Below, piece after piece: positions 1 to 11,671 of a stretch of 50,942 nucleotides of DNA. Every line of letters begins with the position of its first letter. The stretch's first letter is position 1. Position numbers and translations under genes: made by a program. The stretch is from the IMG/VR virus record IMGVR_UViG_2695420814_000010. One strand, given 5' to 3'. Source of the DNA: a virus (Duplodnaviria; Heunggongvirae; Uroviricota; Caudoviricetes). Below the pieces are notes generated by a model that was given only the letters and a program-made list of their open reading frames with translations, was not told where the DNA came from and ran no database searches.

Positions 1-3000
1 CAGAGTGACGCTACCACCACCACTAGGCATATCAATAACTGCACTGTAACTACCGGGAATGGCACCTTTAGTTTCTCTGGATGCGATTAATACGCCGTTT
101 TTGCGAACTTCAAAACCATAACCCGTGTATCGCGTGCCTCCCGGGTTATTTCCGCTCCCCGGATCGTCATACGCTATACCGTTAAAAATAATGGGCGGAA
201 TAATAATCTGGCGGTCAAAGTTATGATCATCGCTGATGGTGACTGTAACCGTACCGTCTGGTGTTTCCGTGTTACCCCACGTACCGACTTTTTTCGGGAA
301 GGCTTTTGATACAGCTTTAACGAAATCCCCTCTGACCTGGGTCGCCTCCAGCATGCCCTTAATCGTACAGTTCTGGTTAATCGTGACATTGTTGAGCGTT
401 CCTGAGTTCGCATTCACACTACCACTGATATCCGCATTTTTAGCGGTCAGCTTTCCGTCTGATGTCAGGGAAAATACCGGAGGACTGCCACCGCTGGTAA
501 TGGCGGGGGCTGTCAGGCGCTTCAGGAACACGTCGTTCATGAATATCTGGTTGCCCTGCGCCACAAACATCGGCGTTTCATTCCCGTTTGCCGGGTCAAT
601 AAACGCGATACGATTGGCGGCAACCAGAAACTGGCTCAGCTTGCCTTCCTCCGTGTCCTCCATGCTGAGGCCAATACCCGCGACATAATGTTTGCCGTCT
701 TTGGTCTGCTCAATTTTGACGCCCCACATCGCATTCCATTTATCGTTAGCGTCCTTCCACTCTTTCGAAAACTCATCCAGTCTGCTGGCGTTATCCTCCG
801 TCAGATCAACTTTTTCCAGCAGCTCTTTACCGAGATGGGATTCGGTTATCTTGCCTTTGAAAAAATCCAGGTAACCTTCCGCATCATCGCTCGCCCGACC
901 GACGGCCTCCACGAATGCCGATTTGCCAACGGTGTTCACACTGCGGATATAAAAGTAATAATCATGGCCCGGTTTGATATTGATACTGGCGGCTATCCAG
1001 TACAGCCCCGCGCCAAGGTAGCGGGCTGTGGTTTCAACCTGCCTGATATCGGTAATCCGCGTTTCCGAGAACCAGAACTCAAACTGTACCGTCGGATCAT
1101 AAACCGCAAGATGCGGCGTGGCAGTTATCTGAAAATAGCCCGGCGTCAGCTCAATCCGCGACGGTGCTACCGGTGCGGCAATCCTGAACGATACCGACGC
1201 CGGATCGCCCTGCTGTCCCCAGGCATTTACCGCCCGGACTGTCAGCGTGTACCGTCCCAGCGCCAGTTGCGTGAAGCGGTATGTGGTTTCCGTCGTCCGG
1301 GCCGTGCTGACCAGCCGCTCACTGCCGTCATCCGCTGCCACGGTCAGGCGAAGCATAAAGCTCACCCCCTTCACCACCTTCGGCGTGTCCCAGCGCGCCA
1401 GCACCTGATATTCCCCGCTGTCTGCGGTGACTTCGGCAGTCAGGTGCTGCACCGCTGGCGGCGTGACACCATTCACCGTGCCGCTCTGGTCGCCGTCAAA
1501 GTGCGCCCCGTTATCCACGATGGCTTCTTTTTCCGGTACATGCTGCACGGCAGTGATGGCATACGTGCCGTCATCGTTCTCACGGATACTCACACAGCGG
1601 AACAGGCGCTGGCGCAACGTCGGCAGCTTCAGCCCCCACACGCTGTATTCAGCAACGCCGTCAGGAACACGGCTCACTTTCACCTTCACGCCGTCGGTGA
1701 CGGACTGAACCTCCACGCTGACCGGATTGCCACTTCCGTCAACCAGGCTTATCAGCATGGTACCGGAGGATGGCAGCGTGATTTCACGGTCGAGCGTCAG
1801 CGTCCGGGTCTGGCTGTTTACCGCCAGCACGCGCCCGCCGATGCTGATACCCGCATAGTCATCATCACAGATTTCAATGACATCGCCCGGCACATGGCGA
1901 AGCCCTTCTGCGCCCACGCTGAAGTCCACGGTCTGCGTTTCCAGCAGTTCTGTTTTAATCAGCCACAGCCCGGCGCGGTGTGCCTGCCCCCGGCTGGTAC
2001 AGCCAAAAGCATCCATCTTCGTGACGTTACGACCGTAACGGGCAATGGCCTGCGTATCCTCCACAAGCTCTGTCGCCGTCTCCCAGCCGTTATCCGGGTC
2101 AATCCAGTTCACCTCAACGGCATTATGGCGGTCTTTCAGGGCGCTGAAGCTGTAGCGGAACGGCGCGCCATCATCCGGCATCACCACATTACTGCGGTTA
2201 TAGGTCCACACCTTATCCGACGGTCGGTCCTGCACGAACGTCAGCGTCTGCCCGTTCCATACCGGCATACAGCGCATCGCCGAGCAGAAATCACTGAGCA
2301 CATCCCACGCCTTGCGCTGTGTGGTCAGGTACGCATTACAGGTGATGCGCGGCTCCGTGCCGCCAAAGCCGTCCGGCACTGACTGGTCGCAGTACTGGCC
2401 GATGACATACAGCGCCCATTTGTCCACATCCGCCGCACCAAGACGTTTCCCCATGCCGTAGCGCGGGTGGGTCAGCATATCCCACAGACACCAGGCCATG
2501 TTGTTGCTGTATGCTGGTTTTAACGTTCCGTCCCAGATACCGCTGTATTGTCGCGTCTGCGGGTTATAGTTCGACGGCACCTGCAGAATGCGCCCGCGAA
2601 GATGATAATTACGACTCACCTGCTGGCTGCCGAACTGCTCCGAGTCCACCTGTACGCCGACCAGTGCAGTGTTCGGGTAGCACTGTTTCACATCGATGAT
2701 TTCGGTGTATGACGACCAGAGCGTTTTGTTCTGCAGCTGGTCTGTGGTGCTGTCCGGTGTCATCCTGCGCATCCGGATACTGAACGGGCGCGGAGGCAGG
2801 TTATCCACCACCACCGAGACCAGATACTGCGAGGTGGTTTTGCCCTTAATGGTGATGTCTTTTTCCGTCACCCAGCCACCGTTACGCTGTATCTGAACCA
2901 GCAGGCGGACTTCCGACGGATTCCTGTCTCCCTTTGAGGTGGTTTCCACCAGTGCCTGTACACCGAAGGTAAAGCGCAGACGGTCGATGTTTGCCGACGT

Positions 3001-3312
3001 GATGGTCCGGGTGATCGGCGTGTCATATTTCACTTCCGTACCCAGCACCGTCTCGGAGCCGGAGGATTCAAACCCCTCCGGCGGTGACTGCTCCTGCTCA
3101 CCTGCCCGGAACACCACCGTGACGCCGGAGATGTTGGTATTCCCCTCACTGTCCAGCACCGGCGTACTGTTCAGCAGCACGCTTTTTAATCCATCCACCG
3201 GACCTTCAACCGGCCCTTCGCTGATGGCATCGATCACACTCAGCAGCTGCGTGGACTTCAGGTTGTCCTTCGCTTCGCGCGGGGTATGCCCCTTACTGCT
3301 GCCTTTACCCAT
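1..3312 (-). CDS. J: Tail tip / host specificity protein J (partial; C-terminal part lies beyond window start)
   Basis: Minus-strand ATG at 3312 gives [24 protein letters not shown]..., the lambda gpJ N-terminus; frame stays open to position 1. Missing from the ORF track because it is unterminated in the window. Confidence 0.85.
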   Translation of the reverse strand, partial: MGKGSSKGHTPREAKDNLKSTQLLSVIDAISEGPVEGPVDGLKSVLLNSTPVLDSEGNTNISGVTVVFRAGEQEQSPPEGFESSGSETVLGTEVKYDTPITRTITSANIDRLRFTFGVQALVETTSKGDRNPSEVRLLVQIQRNGGWVTEKDITIKGKTTSQYLVSVVVDNLPPRPFSIRMRRMTPDSTTDQLQNKTLWSSYTEIIDVKQCYPNTALVGVQVDSEQFGSQQVSRNYHLRGRILQVPSNYNPQTRQYSGIWDGTLKPAYSNNMAWCLWDMLTHPRYGMGKRLGAADVDKWALYVIGQYCDQSVPDGFGGTEPRITCNAYLTTQRKAWDVLSDFCSAMRCMPVWNGQTLTFVQDRPSDKVWTYNRSNVVMPDDGAPFRYSFSALKDRHNAVEVNWIDPDNGWETATELVEDTQAIARYGRNVTKMDAFGCTSRGQAHRAGLWLIKTELLETQTVDFSVGAEGLRHVPGDVIEICDDDYAGISIGGRVLAVNSQTRTLTLDREITLPSSGTMLISLVDGSGNPVSVEVQSVTDGVKVKVSRVPDGVAEYSVWGLKLPTLRQRLFRCVSIRENDDGTYAITAVQHVPEKEAIVDNGAHFDGDQSGTVNGVTPPAVQHLTAEVTADSGEYQVLARWDTPKVVKGVSFMLRLTVAADDGSERLVSTARTTETTYRFTQLALGRYTLTVRAVNAWGQQGDPASVSFRIAAPVAPSRIELTPGYFQITATPHLAVYDPTVQFEFWFSETRITDIRQVETTARYLGAGLYWIAASINIKPGHDYYFYIRSVNTVGKSAFVEAVGRASDDAEGYLDFFKGKITESHLGKELLEKVDLTEDNASRLDEFSKEWKDANDKWNAMWGVKIEQTKDGKHYVAGIGLSMEDTEEGKLSQFLVAANRIAFIDPANGNETPMFVAQGNQIFMNDVFLKRLTAPAITSGGSPPVFSLTSDGKLTAKNADISGSVNANSGTLNNVTINQNCTIKGMLEATQVRGDFVKAVSKAFPKKVGTWGNTETPDGTVTVTISDDHNFDRQIIIPPIIFNGIAYDDPGSGNNPGGTRYTGYGFEVRKNGVLIASRETKGAIPGSYSAVIDMPSGGGSVTL

Positions 3313-3372
3313 TCCTCACGCTCCATAAACGACAAAACCGCCCGCAGGCGGTTTCTCATAAAACATTTTGCA

Positions 3373-4020
3373 TCAGCGACCAATCACCACAACCTGACCA
3401 CCATCCCCTTCGTCTGCCGTGCTGATCTCCTGAGAAACCACACGTGACCCCACGCGCATTTCCCCGTACAGAACAGGCAGAACATTACCCTGGGCAACCA
3501 TGTTATCCAGTGACGAGAAATACGTGTTCTGTTTGCCGTTATCTGTACTGGCTGCCGTGGGCGTCCTGGCTTTCGGTGCCAGCATCTGCGCCACACCACC
3601 CAGGATCATACTGGCCCCTGCTGCATACATACCCGATACAGCCGCGGCCCCCAGCCAGCCCACAGGGTTCCACCATGCCACCGCAATCAGCGCCGCACCC
3701 AGCACCGCCTGAAACACACCGCCACTTTTGGCACCCGCCAGACGCGGAACGATGTGGATCACGGCACCATTTGCCAGCGGTTCATTAAGACGGGCAGATA
3801 ATTCATTTTCGCCTGCATCACGCCCGGCAATGCGCACCTGATACCAGCCGTCGCTCAGTTTCTGACGAAATGCCGGGAGCTGTGTGGCCAGTGCCCGGAT
3901 GGCTTCGGCCCCCGTTTTCACACGAAGGTCGATGCGGCGGCCAAATCGCTGCAAATCCCCGTAAAGGCAGATGCGTGCCATGCCCGGTGACGCCAGAGGG
4001 AGTGTGTGCGTCGCTGCCAT
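3373..4020 (-). CDS. I: Tail assembly protein I
   Basis: 215-aa ORF starting MAATHTLPLASPGMARICLYGDLQRFG, matching lambda gpI; sits between K and J. Confidence 0.85.
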   Translation of the reverse strand: MAATHTLPLASPGMARICLYGDLQRFGRRIDLRVKTGAEAIRALATQLPAFRQKLSDGWYQVRIAGRDAGENELSARLNEPLANGAVIHIVPRLAGAKSGGVFQAVLGAALIAVAWWNPVGWLGAAAVSGMYAAGASMILGGVAQMLAPKARTPTAASTDNGKQNTYFSSLDNMVAQGNVLPVLYGEMRVGSRVVSQEISTADEGDGGQVVVIGR

Positions 4021-4661
4021 TTGTCGGTATACCTCTCTCGTTTGCTCAGTTGTTCAGGAATATGGTGCAGCAGCTCGCCGTCACCACAGTAAATGGCGGC
4101 ATGATTCGGCACCGATGAACCAAAACAGCACAGCAGCACATCGCCCGGCTGCGCCGTTGACAACGGCACCTGATACAGCCCTGTAGCCTCCAGATTATCC
4201 AGATAGAGATTCTGACCATTACGCCACCAGTCGTCCTCACGATGAAAATCTGGCATCTCAATTCCCGCCAGATGGTAAGCGTCCCGGAACAGCGTGTAAC
4301 AGTCCGTCACCCCGTGCTCAAAGCGCCGCCCGGTGAGATGCGGCACACAGCGGAACTTGTGAATCGCCCCGCGGCAGACCAGCCACCACGACAAATCACT
4401 CTGCACCTGCAGCCGCCGGTCGGCCTCACTCAGCCAGGGCAGACCACCGGGGTGGCTGTGGACCAGCGCCACAATCTCACCCTGCATCTCTGCCTGCAGC
4501 CAGTCCTCCGGAGCCATCCGGAAATACTCCTCCGGCTCACCGGAAATATTCACGCAGGGAAAATATCTTTCCCCCTCCGGTGTTCTCACCACGAAGCCGC
4601 ACGACTCCGCTGGCGCACATCGCCGGGCGTGCGCCAGAATCGCTGATTCTGTCTGTGTCAT
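3918..4661 (-). CDS. K: Tail assembly protein K (JAMM/MPN metalloprotease + NlpC/P60 domains)
   Basis: MTQTESAILAHARRCAP...; JAMM motif HSHPGGLPWLSEAD (H-x-H-x7-S-x2-D) and catalytic Cys in DCYTLF. ATG lies 4 nt after the L stop. Lambda annotation may start at internal Met49 (4517). 3' end overlaps I. Confidence 0.85.
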   Translation of the reverse strand: MTQTESAILAHARRCAPAESCGFVVRTPEGERYFPCVNISGEPEEYFRMAPEDWLQAEMQGEIVALVHSHPGGLPWLSEADRRLQVQSDLSWWLVCRGAIHKFRCVPHLTGRRFEHGVTDCYTLFRDAYHLAGIEMPDFHREDDWWRNGQNLYLDNLEATGLYQVPLSTAQPGDVLLCCFGSSVPNHAAIYCGDGELLHHIPEQLSKRERYTDKWQRRTHSLWRHRAWHASAFTGICSDLAAASTFV

Positions 4662-4666
4662 GGGAT

Positions 4667-5365
4667 TTACTGCGAAAGTTTGTTAATGGAAAGGAAGCCG
4701 CCAAAGTTGCCGACGTTATTGCGGAACTTACAACCGCTCAGGCATTTGCTGCATTTATCCTTCGTGATATCGGACGTTGGCTGGTCATATTCATCCGCGA
4801 CAGCCGGACCGTGATAACCGCACTCATCACCGCGATAGGTCCAGGTGCAGGTATTAGCAAGCATGATGCGCCCCGGAAAAACAGCGCCGTCCGTTTCCGT
4901 CGGCGTGGACAGTACAAAGGAGGCACTGACCGCGCTCAGTTCGCTGCACTGCTCAATACGCCAGCGGCTGATCACCTCCTGCTCCGGATCGGCGTCACTG
5001 TTTCCGTTGACGAAGTTCACCGCATCCAGAAAACGGGCGTAAACCTTACGCCTGACCACCGTTCCGCCGACCAGACTCTGCAGGTCTTCCGCCATCCCGG
5101 TGACCATGCCGTGCAGATTAGAGACTTTCAGCGTTGGCCTTGCACTGGCACCTTTGCCGTTCATCTCAAATCCACTCCCCTGAATGGGATAGGCCTGATA
5201 CTGCCGACTCTGCCAGGTGACAGACTCTCCTTTCTCGTTCTGCTCATTGCAGAAAAAGTAGCGATCCCCGCCTACCTCGGTCAGGTCGATTTCCCAGAGC
5301 ACCACGCTGGCCGACTGCTCCGCACGAATGCATTCATTCAGCGTTTCCTGTTGTATGTCCTGCAT
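4667..5365 (-). CDS. L: Minor tail protein L
   Basis: 232-aa ORF, same length and close sequence match to lambda gpL ([33 protein letters not shown]...). Confidence 0.85.
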   Translation of the reverse strand: MQDIQQETLNECIRAEQSASVVLWEIDLTEVGGDRYFFCNEQNEKGESVTWQSRQYQAYPIQGSGFEMNGKGASARPTLKVSNLHGMVTGMAEDLQSLVGGTVVRRKVYARFLDAVNFVNGNSDADPEQEVISRWRIEQCSELSAVSASFVLSTPTETDGAVFPGRIMLANTCTWTYRGDECGYHGPAVADEYDQPTSDITKDKCSKCLSGCKFRNNVGNFGGFLSINKLSQ

Positions 5366-5703
5366 CAGATCACCACTTCGTCAAACTGACACGAAAAATC
5401 GGTATAGGTGATATGTTCTGTCGCTGACCACGTTCGACACACCACTCTGATTTTTCTGTTAATACCCGGCGGGCGCCAAAAAAAAGATTTATAGCCTTCA
5501 TGCCGGGCTAAAAATTTTTCAAATGAATCACGTTCATTCGCCTCAACTTTGAAATCACAGGTGAAAACGCGCAGAGAATGATTAAGTCCATTTGGACTTC
5601 GTTGCTCATAACCATCACCAAATCTTACAGTTTTTATCGATGGTTTATTTTCTGTTTTCATTCCATCCTCTGGTAACCAGTGAAATTCTTCCGTATTAGC
5701 CAC
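5365..5703 (-). CDS. M: Minor tail protein M
   Basis: 112-aa ORF between H and L with the [10 protein letters not shown]...FFWRPP pattern of lambda gpM; start overlaps the H stop. Confidence 0.75.
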   Translation of the reverse strand: MANTEEFHWLPEDGMKTENKPSIKTVRFGDGYEQRSPNGLNHSLRVFTCDFKVEANERDSFEKFLARHEGYKSFFWRPPGINRKIRVVCRTWSATEHITYTDFSCQFDEVVI

Positions 5704-8700
5704 TTAACATTCCCCCATCACGTCGCATATTTAACAGATTGCCCTGCACCCGCTGATCAACCATCCCCATAAGTGCTTTTATTGCCTGAGGGCCAATCTC
5801 TCCATTCTGGCCGTCATTTTGAATAGTGATTTGGTATACAGGGGCATAGGTAATATCTCCGCCTCCATTACCACTTTTACTATTAATAGCTCTGACACCA
5901 AGAGAACCATCGGAAGTTCGTGTTAATGGCATAATGGCTTCCGGTCCAGCCTCACCAAAAACACCAGCCCCTTTTGCAAAAGCAAAAAATTGCGGGGAAT
6001 CATAAATACCGTTCGAATACGTGCTCAATGACGGAGACTCATAAACACCGCCCTTTGCATTCGGAATAAATTTACTAATAGCACTCCCGATAGTTCCTAA
6101 AATCCCCCCAGAAGAACTGTTACTAATGCTGTCGAAAATCCCAGTAATTGAAGCCTTTAATGCTATTCGACTAAGATCCGAAATCACGGAAGTAGCGAAA
6201 GAACGAAAATTTGCCTTGCCTGTCGTGACAAAATCACCCAGCGCATCGGTCATCCCATCAAACATCTGAGTCGTGGTTGATTTTATCTGCTCACTGATAT
6301 CCTTAGTGTCATCCAGCCAGTTATTGAATCCCTGGGAGGCACCACTAACCCAGTCTCCTGCCTGAATATCGAGCTGCTCGTTTTTCTGTCTGACAATTTC
6401 TTTTTCCCGTTCCAGAGCATCATTCAGAGCCTGCATTTTCTCTTGAAAAACATGATCTGACATTCCACGGGATTTATCTGCATAGTCACGTTCAAGTTGC
6501 AGACGCTGATTGTTATATCCATGTTCAATCCGCAGTAATTCCTGCTGGCGTTGCTGATTTTTATCGCCAACCCCATAACCAGCAATCTGAATATCATACC
6601 CCTGCTGACGATTATCAATCGAAGCCTGCAATGAATCACGCCATGCTGTTATTTCGGCGGATTCCTTGATTAGCCTGTTATTTTTTTCAATCGCAACATT
6701 TTTCTCCATCAACGTGGTTATTTCTTCCCGGTGTAAGAGAAGCGATTTCTGATCCTGGGTTAATTTCGATGATGGTCGTGACTCTAGGTCGGCAATCCGC
6801 TGACGCCACTTAACCAGTTCCTGTTCAGAGGAACTTAATTTAACGGTCAACTCAGCTTGTGAACTTAGTAACGCATTCTGTTGATTCAGATGATCAATCA
6901 TTCGTTGGGCTGCATCATCAGAATAACCTTTCGCCTTTGGTTGCTTTGGATCTTTATAACGCTCATTTATTTGAGCGATAAGATTATTATATTCTTCCTT
7001 TGAATACTGATTCTTTAGCTTTTCCAGTTTTGCAAGTTCACTAGCTCTCTGCTGCTCCCGGGTCTGATATTGTTTTGAAAAGGCATCTGCTCTCTGTCTG
7101 AGTTCAATTCCTTCCTGTTGTCGCTTGTTGTAATCGTTTATTGATGAATTTAGTACGTCCTGAGCAATTTTTTCTGCTTGAAGTACGCCCAATTGCTGCT
7201 TTAATCGTGCCAGCCTTTTATTTTGAGCTCCGCCATCTCCAATGCCACCTAACCCGAAAACTCCGGGTCGGGTATTTTTTTCTATTTCATCAATTTGACG
7301 GAGAACATCTGAGATTTTTTGATCAAGGGAGGCCTCACGGCCAATATCCAGCATGGAATCCCATGCCCATTTTGCGGAGTCTGCGACAGCTTTCCATGCA
7401 GTCTCAAGATAACCAAGATTTTCTTTAATCTGGTTGGTGCGCTGGATCATTGAGGATGAGTATTCTTCTGTCGCAATGCGGGCGGCCTCCTGCTGGTTCC
7501 CTTCATCCTGTAGCGCCTTAATCTGGTTATAAGTCGCAAGTGTCAGAAAATGGTACTGATCATTAAGTTTTGATATGGCACTGACAGGATCCTTTGCAAT
7601 TTCATTGAAGTCATTAACCAGTTGTTCGGTTGATATTCCTGTTACTTCGCTCGTTTTTACTATCGCTGTCGTCACTTGCTCCAGCGAACTGCTCGCTACC
7701 TTTCCCGAACGCACAAGCTGATTTAATACTGCCGCCGCAGCACCAGTTGTCGAATCAGCCGCATTCCCGGCACGTTGAGCTATATCGCCCAATTGCCCGC
7801 TGGTTGTCCCCAACTGATTTCCGGTAAGAATAAGAGATTTATTAAATTCGTCCTGCTCCTGAGAGCCTTTATAGTAAGCCAGTCCTAAGACCCCAACGGC
7901 TGCTGCGGCCAGGGTAAAAGGATTAATTAATCCCAGCACATAAGAACCTACACCTTTGATCGCCGGGCCAATCCCACCGAACATATCTTTTAGCTGGCCG
8001 CCCTGCTGCATTAACACCATAAATGGCGACTGACCAGTGGACAACCCAACAACAATATCCGTCATTTGTACAGGCAACATGCGCATAGCAAAAGCCGTTT
8101 GTTTTGCCGACATTCCGGTTTTGCTTAATTGTGATTGAGTAACCTCAAGCTCACTCCGCATAGCACGAAGTTTTCCAGAAAGCTCCTCATACATTTCAGG
8201 AGAAAGCATCCCCTTAGCTTTTGCTTCATTGAGCTGTTTCTGTTGTTCTACCAGACGATTAAAAGCAGTTCCGACAGGATCAAGTTGAGCAATCAGACGT
8301 TGCAAAGCAACAACCTGTTCATCATGCGCTTTTGCTGCTTCTCGCTCTGCCTGAGCCTCTCCGGTAAGCTCTCGCCGTGTTTCCTGTATTTTTCGGCTAT
8401 AATTCTCAAACTGAGAACCATTTATTTTCCCGGATGCAAACGCAGCATTAAGTTCATCATGCTGTTGTTCAAGATTTCTTAGCGCCGCAGCCAGAGGGTC
8501 GATCTTGTCCAGCATTCTTTGAAAGGCCTGAGCCTGCGCTTCCTGCTGGGCGGCAGCAAGTTTTCCGGCCTTCTCGGCTTCTCTCTGCGCTTGCGCAACC
8601 CCGCTCAATTCCTCTGTGGTTTCATTAAGTTTACGGACAAGAAATTCATATTCTTCTTTATCAATAAGCCCTTTATCGAAAAATTTCTTTAATTCAGAAT

Positions 8701-8929
8701 AGCGTCGACCGACAGTATCAATTGCGGCACCAACTGGATCAATAGCTGCTTTTAATTTTGCGAGCGCGTTCTTCTCATCTTCTGTTGCCTTAGTCACTTT
8801 CCCTGCGCTATTTGCAGCAGTTTCCCCAGCCTGCGTCATTTTGACTAATGAGGAGGTCAGATTGTCAGCATTATTTTTCGCTCCAGTGCTATCAATAATT
8901 ATTGCGAGACGCGAGGTTTGCTCTGCCAT
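5696..8929 (-). CDS. H: Tail tape measure protein
   Basis: 1077-aa ORF, long coiled-coil Ala/Gln/Glu-rich N-terminal two thirds and Gly-rich C-terminus, upstream of M-L-K-I-J; AGGAG Shine-Dalgarno before ATG 8929. Confidence 0.85.
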   Translation of the reverse strand: MAEQTSRLAIIIDSTGAKNNADNLTSSLVKMTQAGETAANSAGKVTKATEDEKNALAKLKAAIDPVGAAIDTVGRRYSELKKFFDKGLIDKEEYEFLVRKLNETTEELSGVAQAQREAEKAGKLAAAQQEAQAQAFQRMLDKIDPLAAALRNLEQQHDELNAAFASGKINGSQFENYSRKIQETRRELTGEAQAEREAAKAHDEQVVALQRLIAQLDPVGTAFNRLVEQQKQLNEAKAKGMLSPEMYEELSGKLRAMRSELEVTQSQLSKTGMSAKQTAFAMRMLPVQMTDIVVGLSTGQSPFMVLMQQGGQLKDMFGGIGPAIKGVGSYVLGLINPFTLAAAAVGVLGLAYYKGSQEQDEFNKSLILTGNQLGTTSGQLGDIAQRAGNAADSTTGAAAAVLNQLVRSGKVASSSLEQVTTAIVKTSEVTGISTEQLVNDFNEIAKDPVSAISKLNDQYHFLTLATYNQIKALQDEGNQQEAARIATEEYSSSMIQRTNQIKENLGYLETAWKAVADSAKWAWDSMLDIGREASLDQKISDVLRQIDEIEKNTRPGVFGLGGIGDGGAQNKRLARLKQQLGVLQAEKIAQDVLNSSINDYNKRQQEGIELRQRADAFSKQYQTREQQRASELAKLEKLKNQYSKEEYNNLIAQINERYKDPKQPKAKGYSDDAAQRMIDHLNQQNALLSSQAELTVKLSSSEQELVKWRQRIADLESRPSSKLTQDQKSLLLHREEITTLMEKNVAIEKNNRLIKESAEITAWRDSLQASIDNRQQGYDIQIAGYGVGDKNQQRQQELLRIEHGYNNQRLQLERDYADKSRGMSDHVFQEKMQALNDALEREKEIVRQKNEQLDIQAGDWVSGASQGFNNWLDDTKDISEQIKSTTTQMFDGMTDALGDFVTTGKANFRSFATSVISDLSRIALKASITGIFDSISNSSSGGILGTIGSAISKFIPNAKGGVYESPSLSTYSNGIYDSPQFFAFAKGAGVFGEAGPEAIMPLTRTSDGSLGVRAINSKSGNGGGDITYAPVYQITIQNDGQNGEIGPQAIKALMGMVDQRVQGNLLNMRRDGGMLSG

Positions 8930-8947
8930 TTATTAAAACTCCTGACA

Positions 8948-8975
8948 ACAAAAAACCCACCGCGAAGTGGGTTTC
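8948..8975 (-). terminator. Hairpin plus U-run (minus-strand sense) between tail chaperone and tape measure genes
   Basis: Minus strand reads AAACCCAC-TTCGCG-GTGGGTTT followed by TTTTTGTTG, ending about 15 nt before the H ribosome-binding site. Confidence 0.4.
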
Positions 8976-9094
8976 AGGCGACATAATAGTAGATATAGCG
9001 ATTACGAGGCCACGCAATGCTTTTCTCCAGGAGCATCATCGATTTAATTAAAGACACCATCACATCTCTGTAACAGAGTGTACGTAATTAACAA

Positions 9095-9864
9095 CTACAC
9101 ACACTGCTCCTGAAAATACTGGTCATCCAGTGCAAAGATCACTGCTTCAAATTCATCGCGCTCAATCAATACCGGATGAGTGGCTAAATATTCATTTATC
9201 TCTGTCAGAGATAAAGGCAAAGGCACCCCAGCCATTCCAGCATAACGTCGGGCACGGGATATTACCGAATAGGCGTACAACAACTCCTTAAGCACCGGGT
9301 CTATTTCTGGTTCCGGTATCGGTGGCAACCTGAGTTTTTCTCGCTTCCATCTTGCCTTTTCCCCCCTTTCTCCCCCGAACTCCGATAACCACCGCTGGGC
9401 AGCTATGGCTTTTTTATCGTATCCTGCTTCTGCTGCTCTTTACCCTGGGCGATGCTGGCTGCTTCTGCAAGGATCTGCCAGTACAACTCTGGATTCTGCT
9501 TAAGCAGCGCGATCCCTCGTTCTGCCGTATATTCCAGTGCAACCTCAACACCATTAACCAGTTCACCAACCCCTTTCCAGTCTTTCAGCAGATAACGAGC
9601 GGCATTATCAATGAGTAAATCATCAACAGAATCCACCTCGGAAACCTTTGAAATATCAAACTCCTTCGTTCCGACGTGCAAACTGGCATCCATTTTCTCA
9701 ATGTGGCGACGGATTAATGCATTACGGGAGCGATACTGATCGTTATCGCTGCTTGCCACCAACAGTTTTAACCCGTCTACAGGTTTTAAGTCCTTCATTG
9801 GCGTAAACCAGCGTTCTCCACCAATGATAATTTTCTGATTAAGAATAAACATCCATAACCTCAT
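9095..9864 (-). CDS. Tail assembly chaperone G-T fusion made by programmed -1 ribosomal frameshift
   Basis: Heptamer A AAA AAG (minus strand, plus 9409..9415) in the zero frame of G; the -1 frame is open from there through the 77-aa ORF 9095..9328 (no stop between 9409 and 9328). Confidence 0.6.
9403..9864 (-). CDS. Tail assembly chaperone (gpG-like)
   Basis: 153-aa acidic ORF immediately upstream of tape measure; ends ...QDTIKKP with a slippery A-AAA-AAG heptamer in the last codons. Confidence 0.7.
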   Translation of the reverse strand: MRLWMFILNQKIIIGGERWFTPMKDLKPVDGLKLLVASSDNDQYRSRNALIRRHIEKMDASLHVGTKEFDISKVSEVDSVDDLLIDNAARYLLKDWKGVGELVNGVEVALEYTAERGIALLKQNPELYWQILAEAASIAQGKEQQKQDTIKKP

Positions 9865-9912
9865 TCAATGCGTCCCCCTGTAGGGCAGTACCACAGGAGG
9901 AATAACGGAAAA

Positions 9913-10875
9913 TCAACTAATCGCCTCAGCACTGGCTTTTGCGATCACGGCAGCCGGGGAATTTTTTTTTCTGGTTATCGTAGGTGCTTCATCTGCTGCG
10001 GTAATGCTCAATTGAACCTGGATAATGTCGCTATTACCCCCATCAGGCCATTCACCTGACACCTGAACCTTCGGGAAACTGAAAGTGTATGCCCCCTCTC
10101 CATTCGAAAGCGTGAAGCTGAACGGAACTGTTTCTCCAGTCAGTGTTTTACTCCAGATTTCCCACGCGGCTTTAGACCATGAAAGCGTCACCGTACCGGA
10201 CGGTGTAAAAGTAGTCGGAATATTTGCTCCTGCATAAGGCGAGCCAGTCCCGATACAACGCTGTGTCTGGAGTTTGTTATCGAACTGAATATCAAAACTG
10301 TCGATACAAAAACCGTTACCTCCGGCAACACCATTCAGGCTTACTGCTGAAACCTCCTTAAACGAATAACGTAGCTTTCCTGCACTATCCACAGGTTCGC
10401 CTTTGATAAAATTCGTATCATCGGCCTTTGATTCCCAGTCCAGTCCGGCAAAGGTTACGGTCGCTGTAATATCGCCGTCGTTAGGGATCTGCATTTTCCA
10501 TGAGCCAACCTGCGCTCCTCTGACGACAGAGGCAATTCCGACATCGGACGCATAGGTCGCCAGAGAAAATGTTATTCGCTCATTCCCCATTGTCAGAGAA
10601 TCGCCTGACCATTCCGCGCCGAAACAGGATGCAAGAAAATCATCATGTTGACCCCAGCGAAATTTGGTACCAACATCACCGCCGACATCCACAGTGCCAG
10701 GCGTCGCCCCCTGAGCCATCCGGGAGCCACCAATCTCATTATTTTCGCCTTTATTCTGGGTGGGTTTTACTCCCCAGCTTGTGCGTTTTAATAAACTCCA
10801 GTCACCACTTGCTGGCGTAGTGCCTGCAACCGTCTCCCGGATAAATGCCGAGATAACCTTTGCACCTGAACTCAC
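9913..10875 (-). CDS. Major tail (tube) protein, likely with C-terminal Ig-like domain
   Basis: 320-aa Gly/Thr/Ser-rich ORF directly upstream of the chaperone pair, the canonical tail-tube position. Confidence 0.65.
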   Translation of the reverse strand: MSSGAKVISAFIRETVAGTTPASGDWSLLKRTSWGVKPTQNKGENNEIGGSRMAQGATPGTVDVGGDVGTKFRWGQHDDFLASCFGAEWSGDSLTMGNERITFSLATYASDVGIASVVRGAQVGSWKMQIPNDGDITATVTFAGLDWESKADDTNFIKGEPVDSAGKLRYSFKEVSAVSLNGVAGGNGFCIDSFDIQFDNKLQTQRCIGTGSPYAGANIPTTFTPSGTVTLSWSKAAWEIWSKTLTGETVPFSFTLSNGEGAYTFSFPKVQVSGEWPDGGNSDIIQVQLSITAADEAPTITRKKNSPAAVIAKASAEAIS

Positions 10876-10901
10876 AGGAGCCTCCTATGTCATTAATTGC
10901 G

Positions 10902-11294
10902 CTAGAGCGCGCGATATGGAATTTGAAGATTAAGCTGGAACCAGCCATTCTTTTCGCCAACGGCTATTGAGGAAACAGCCTGGTAACTGAGACGATCGTC
11001 ATCCTGAAACTCAAACAGTTCCCGCAATTTATCGGCTGTCTCAGTAATGAGTTTTGAACCAGAACCTGCGGGGACAAATAACTGAATAATGATTATCCCC
11101 GTGCGATAAACAACCGGCCCCGCGCCAATTTCATTAACTCCAGCCTGCCCGGGAATATTACTTAACCGCGCCCAGATTAACTTACCGGAAGGATCGAACG
11201 TTGGCCCGTTCGGATACAATACGTCTTTTCCATCAATAATCGTCTGTGCCGTCATTCTGGAAATAACCGTATTTCTGATTTCAGTAAACTTCAT
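10902..11294 (-). CDS. Tail terminator / tail completion protein (position-based)
   Basis: 130-aa ORF between connector genes and major tail gene. Confidence 0.45.
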   Translation of the reverse strand: MKFTEIRNTVISRMTAQTIIDGKDVLYPNGPTFDPSGKLIWARLSNIPGQAGVNEIGAGPVVYRTGIIIIQLFVPAGSGSKLITETADKLRELFEFQDDDRLSYQAVSSIAVGEKNGWFQLNLQIPYRAL

Positions 11295-11671
11295 TTGTAA
11301 GCCTGTAAAACACCATGAAAAGCGTTGGCATACACGCCAGTTGGCGCTTGTTGTGAATGACCGTTTTCAAGAGCCTCTGCATAAGGAAGGTTATTCTGGA
11401 TATAAATAACCCCGTAATTTGCAGCTTTCGAAATAACCCCGATCCCACGCTGAACAGCAATCGTACCGTTCGGATCCACGTTATCAGATATACCAAAATC
11501 GGGATGCTGTAACGACACCAGGTTGTTATTTCTGAAACGTCCGGTATCAACCGGAGCAGCAATATCAATAGCAGTAAGAATCTGCATAGCGATGTAGCGA
11601 ATCTTCAGCCCTACATCTTCCTCAATCATCCCGGCAAATATTGACGGTTCTATATCCCATGCCTTTGCCAT
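11291..11671 (-). CDS. Head-tail joining protein (HK97 gp10-like, position-based)
   Basis: 126-aa ORF in the neck module, translationally coupled to its neighbours. Confidence 0.45.
   Translation of the reverse strand: MAKAWDIEPSIFAGMIEEDVGLKIRYIAMQILTAIDIAAPVDTGRFRNNNLVSLQHPDFGISDNVDPNGTIAVQRGIGVISKAANYGVIYIQNNLPYAEALENGHSQQAPTGVYANAFHGVLQAYK

Noticed and set aside
688-2382. 564-aa plus-strand ORF (and 236..688, 1427..1708, 2511..3328 plus-strand ORFs)
   Set aside because: Antisense to the J gene; Arg/His-rich low-complexity translation typical of the reverse frame of a GC-balanced gene; J itself was missed by the track because it is unterminated.
6424-8482. ORFs 6424..6639, 7141..7428, 7630..7827, 8135..8482 inside the tape measure gene
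   Set aside because: Wholly contained in, or antisense to, the 1077-aa tape measure ORF; low-complexity translations.
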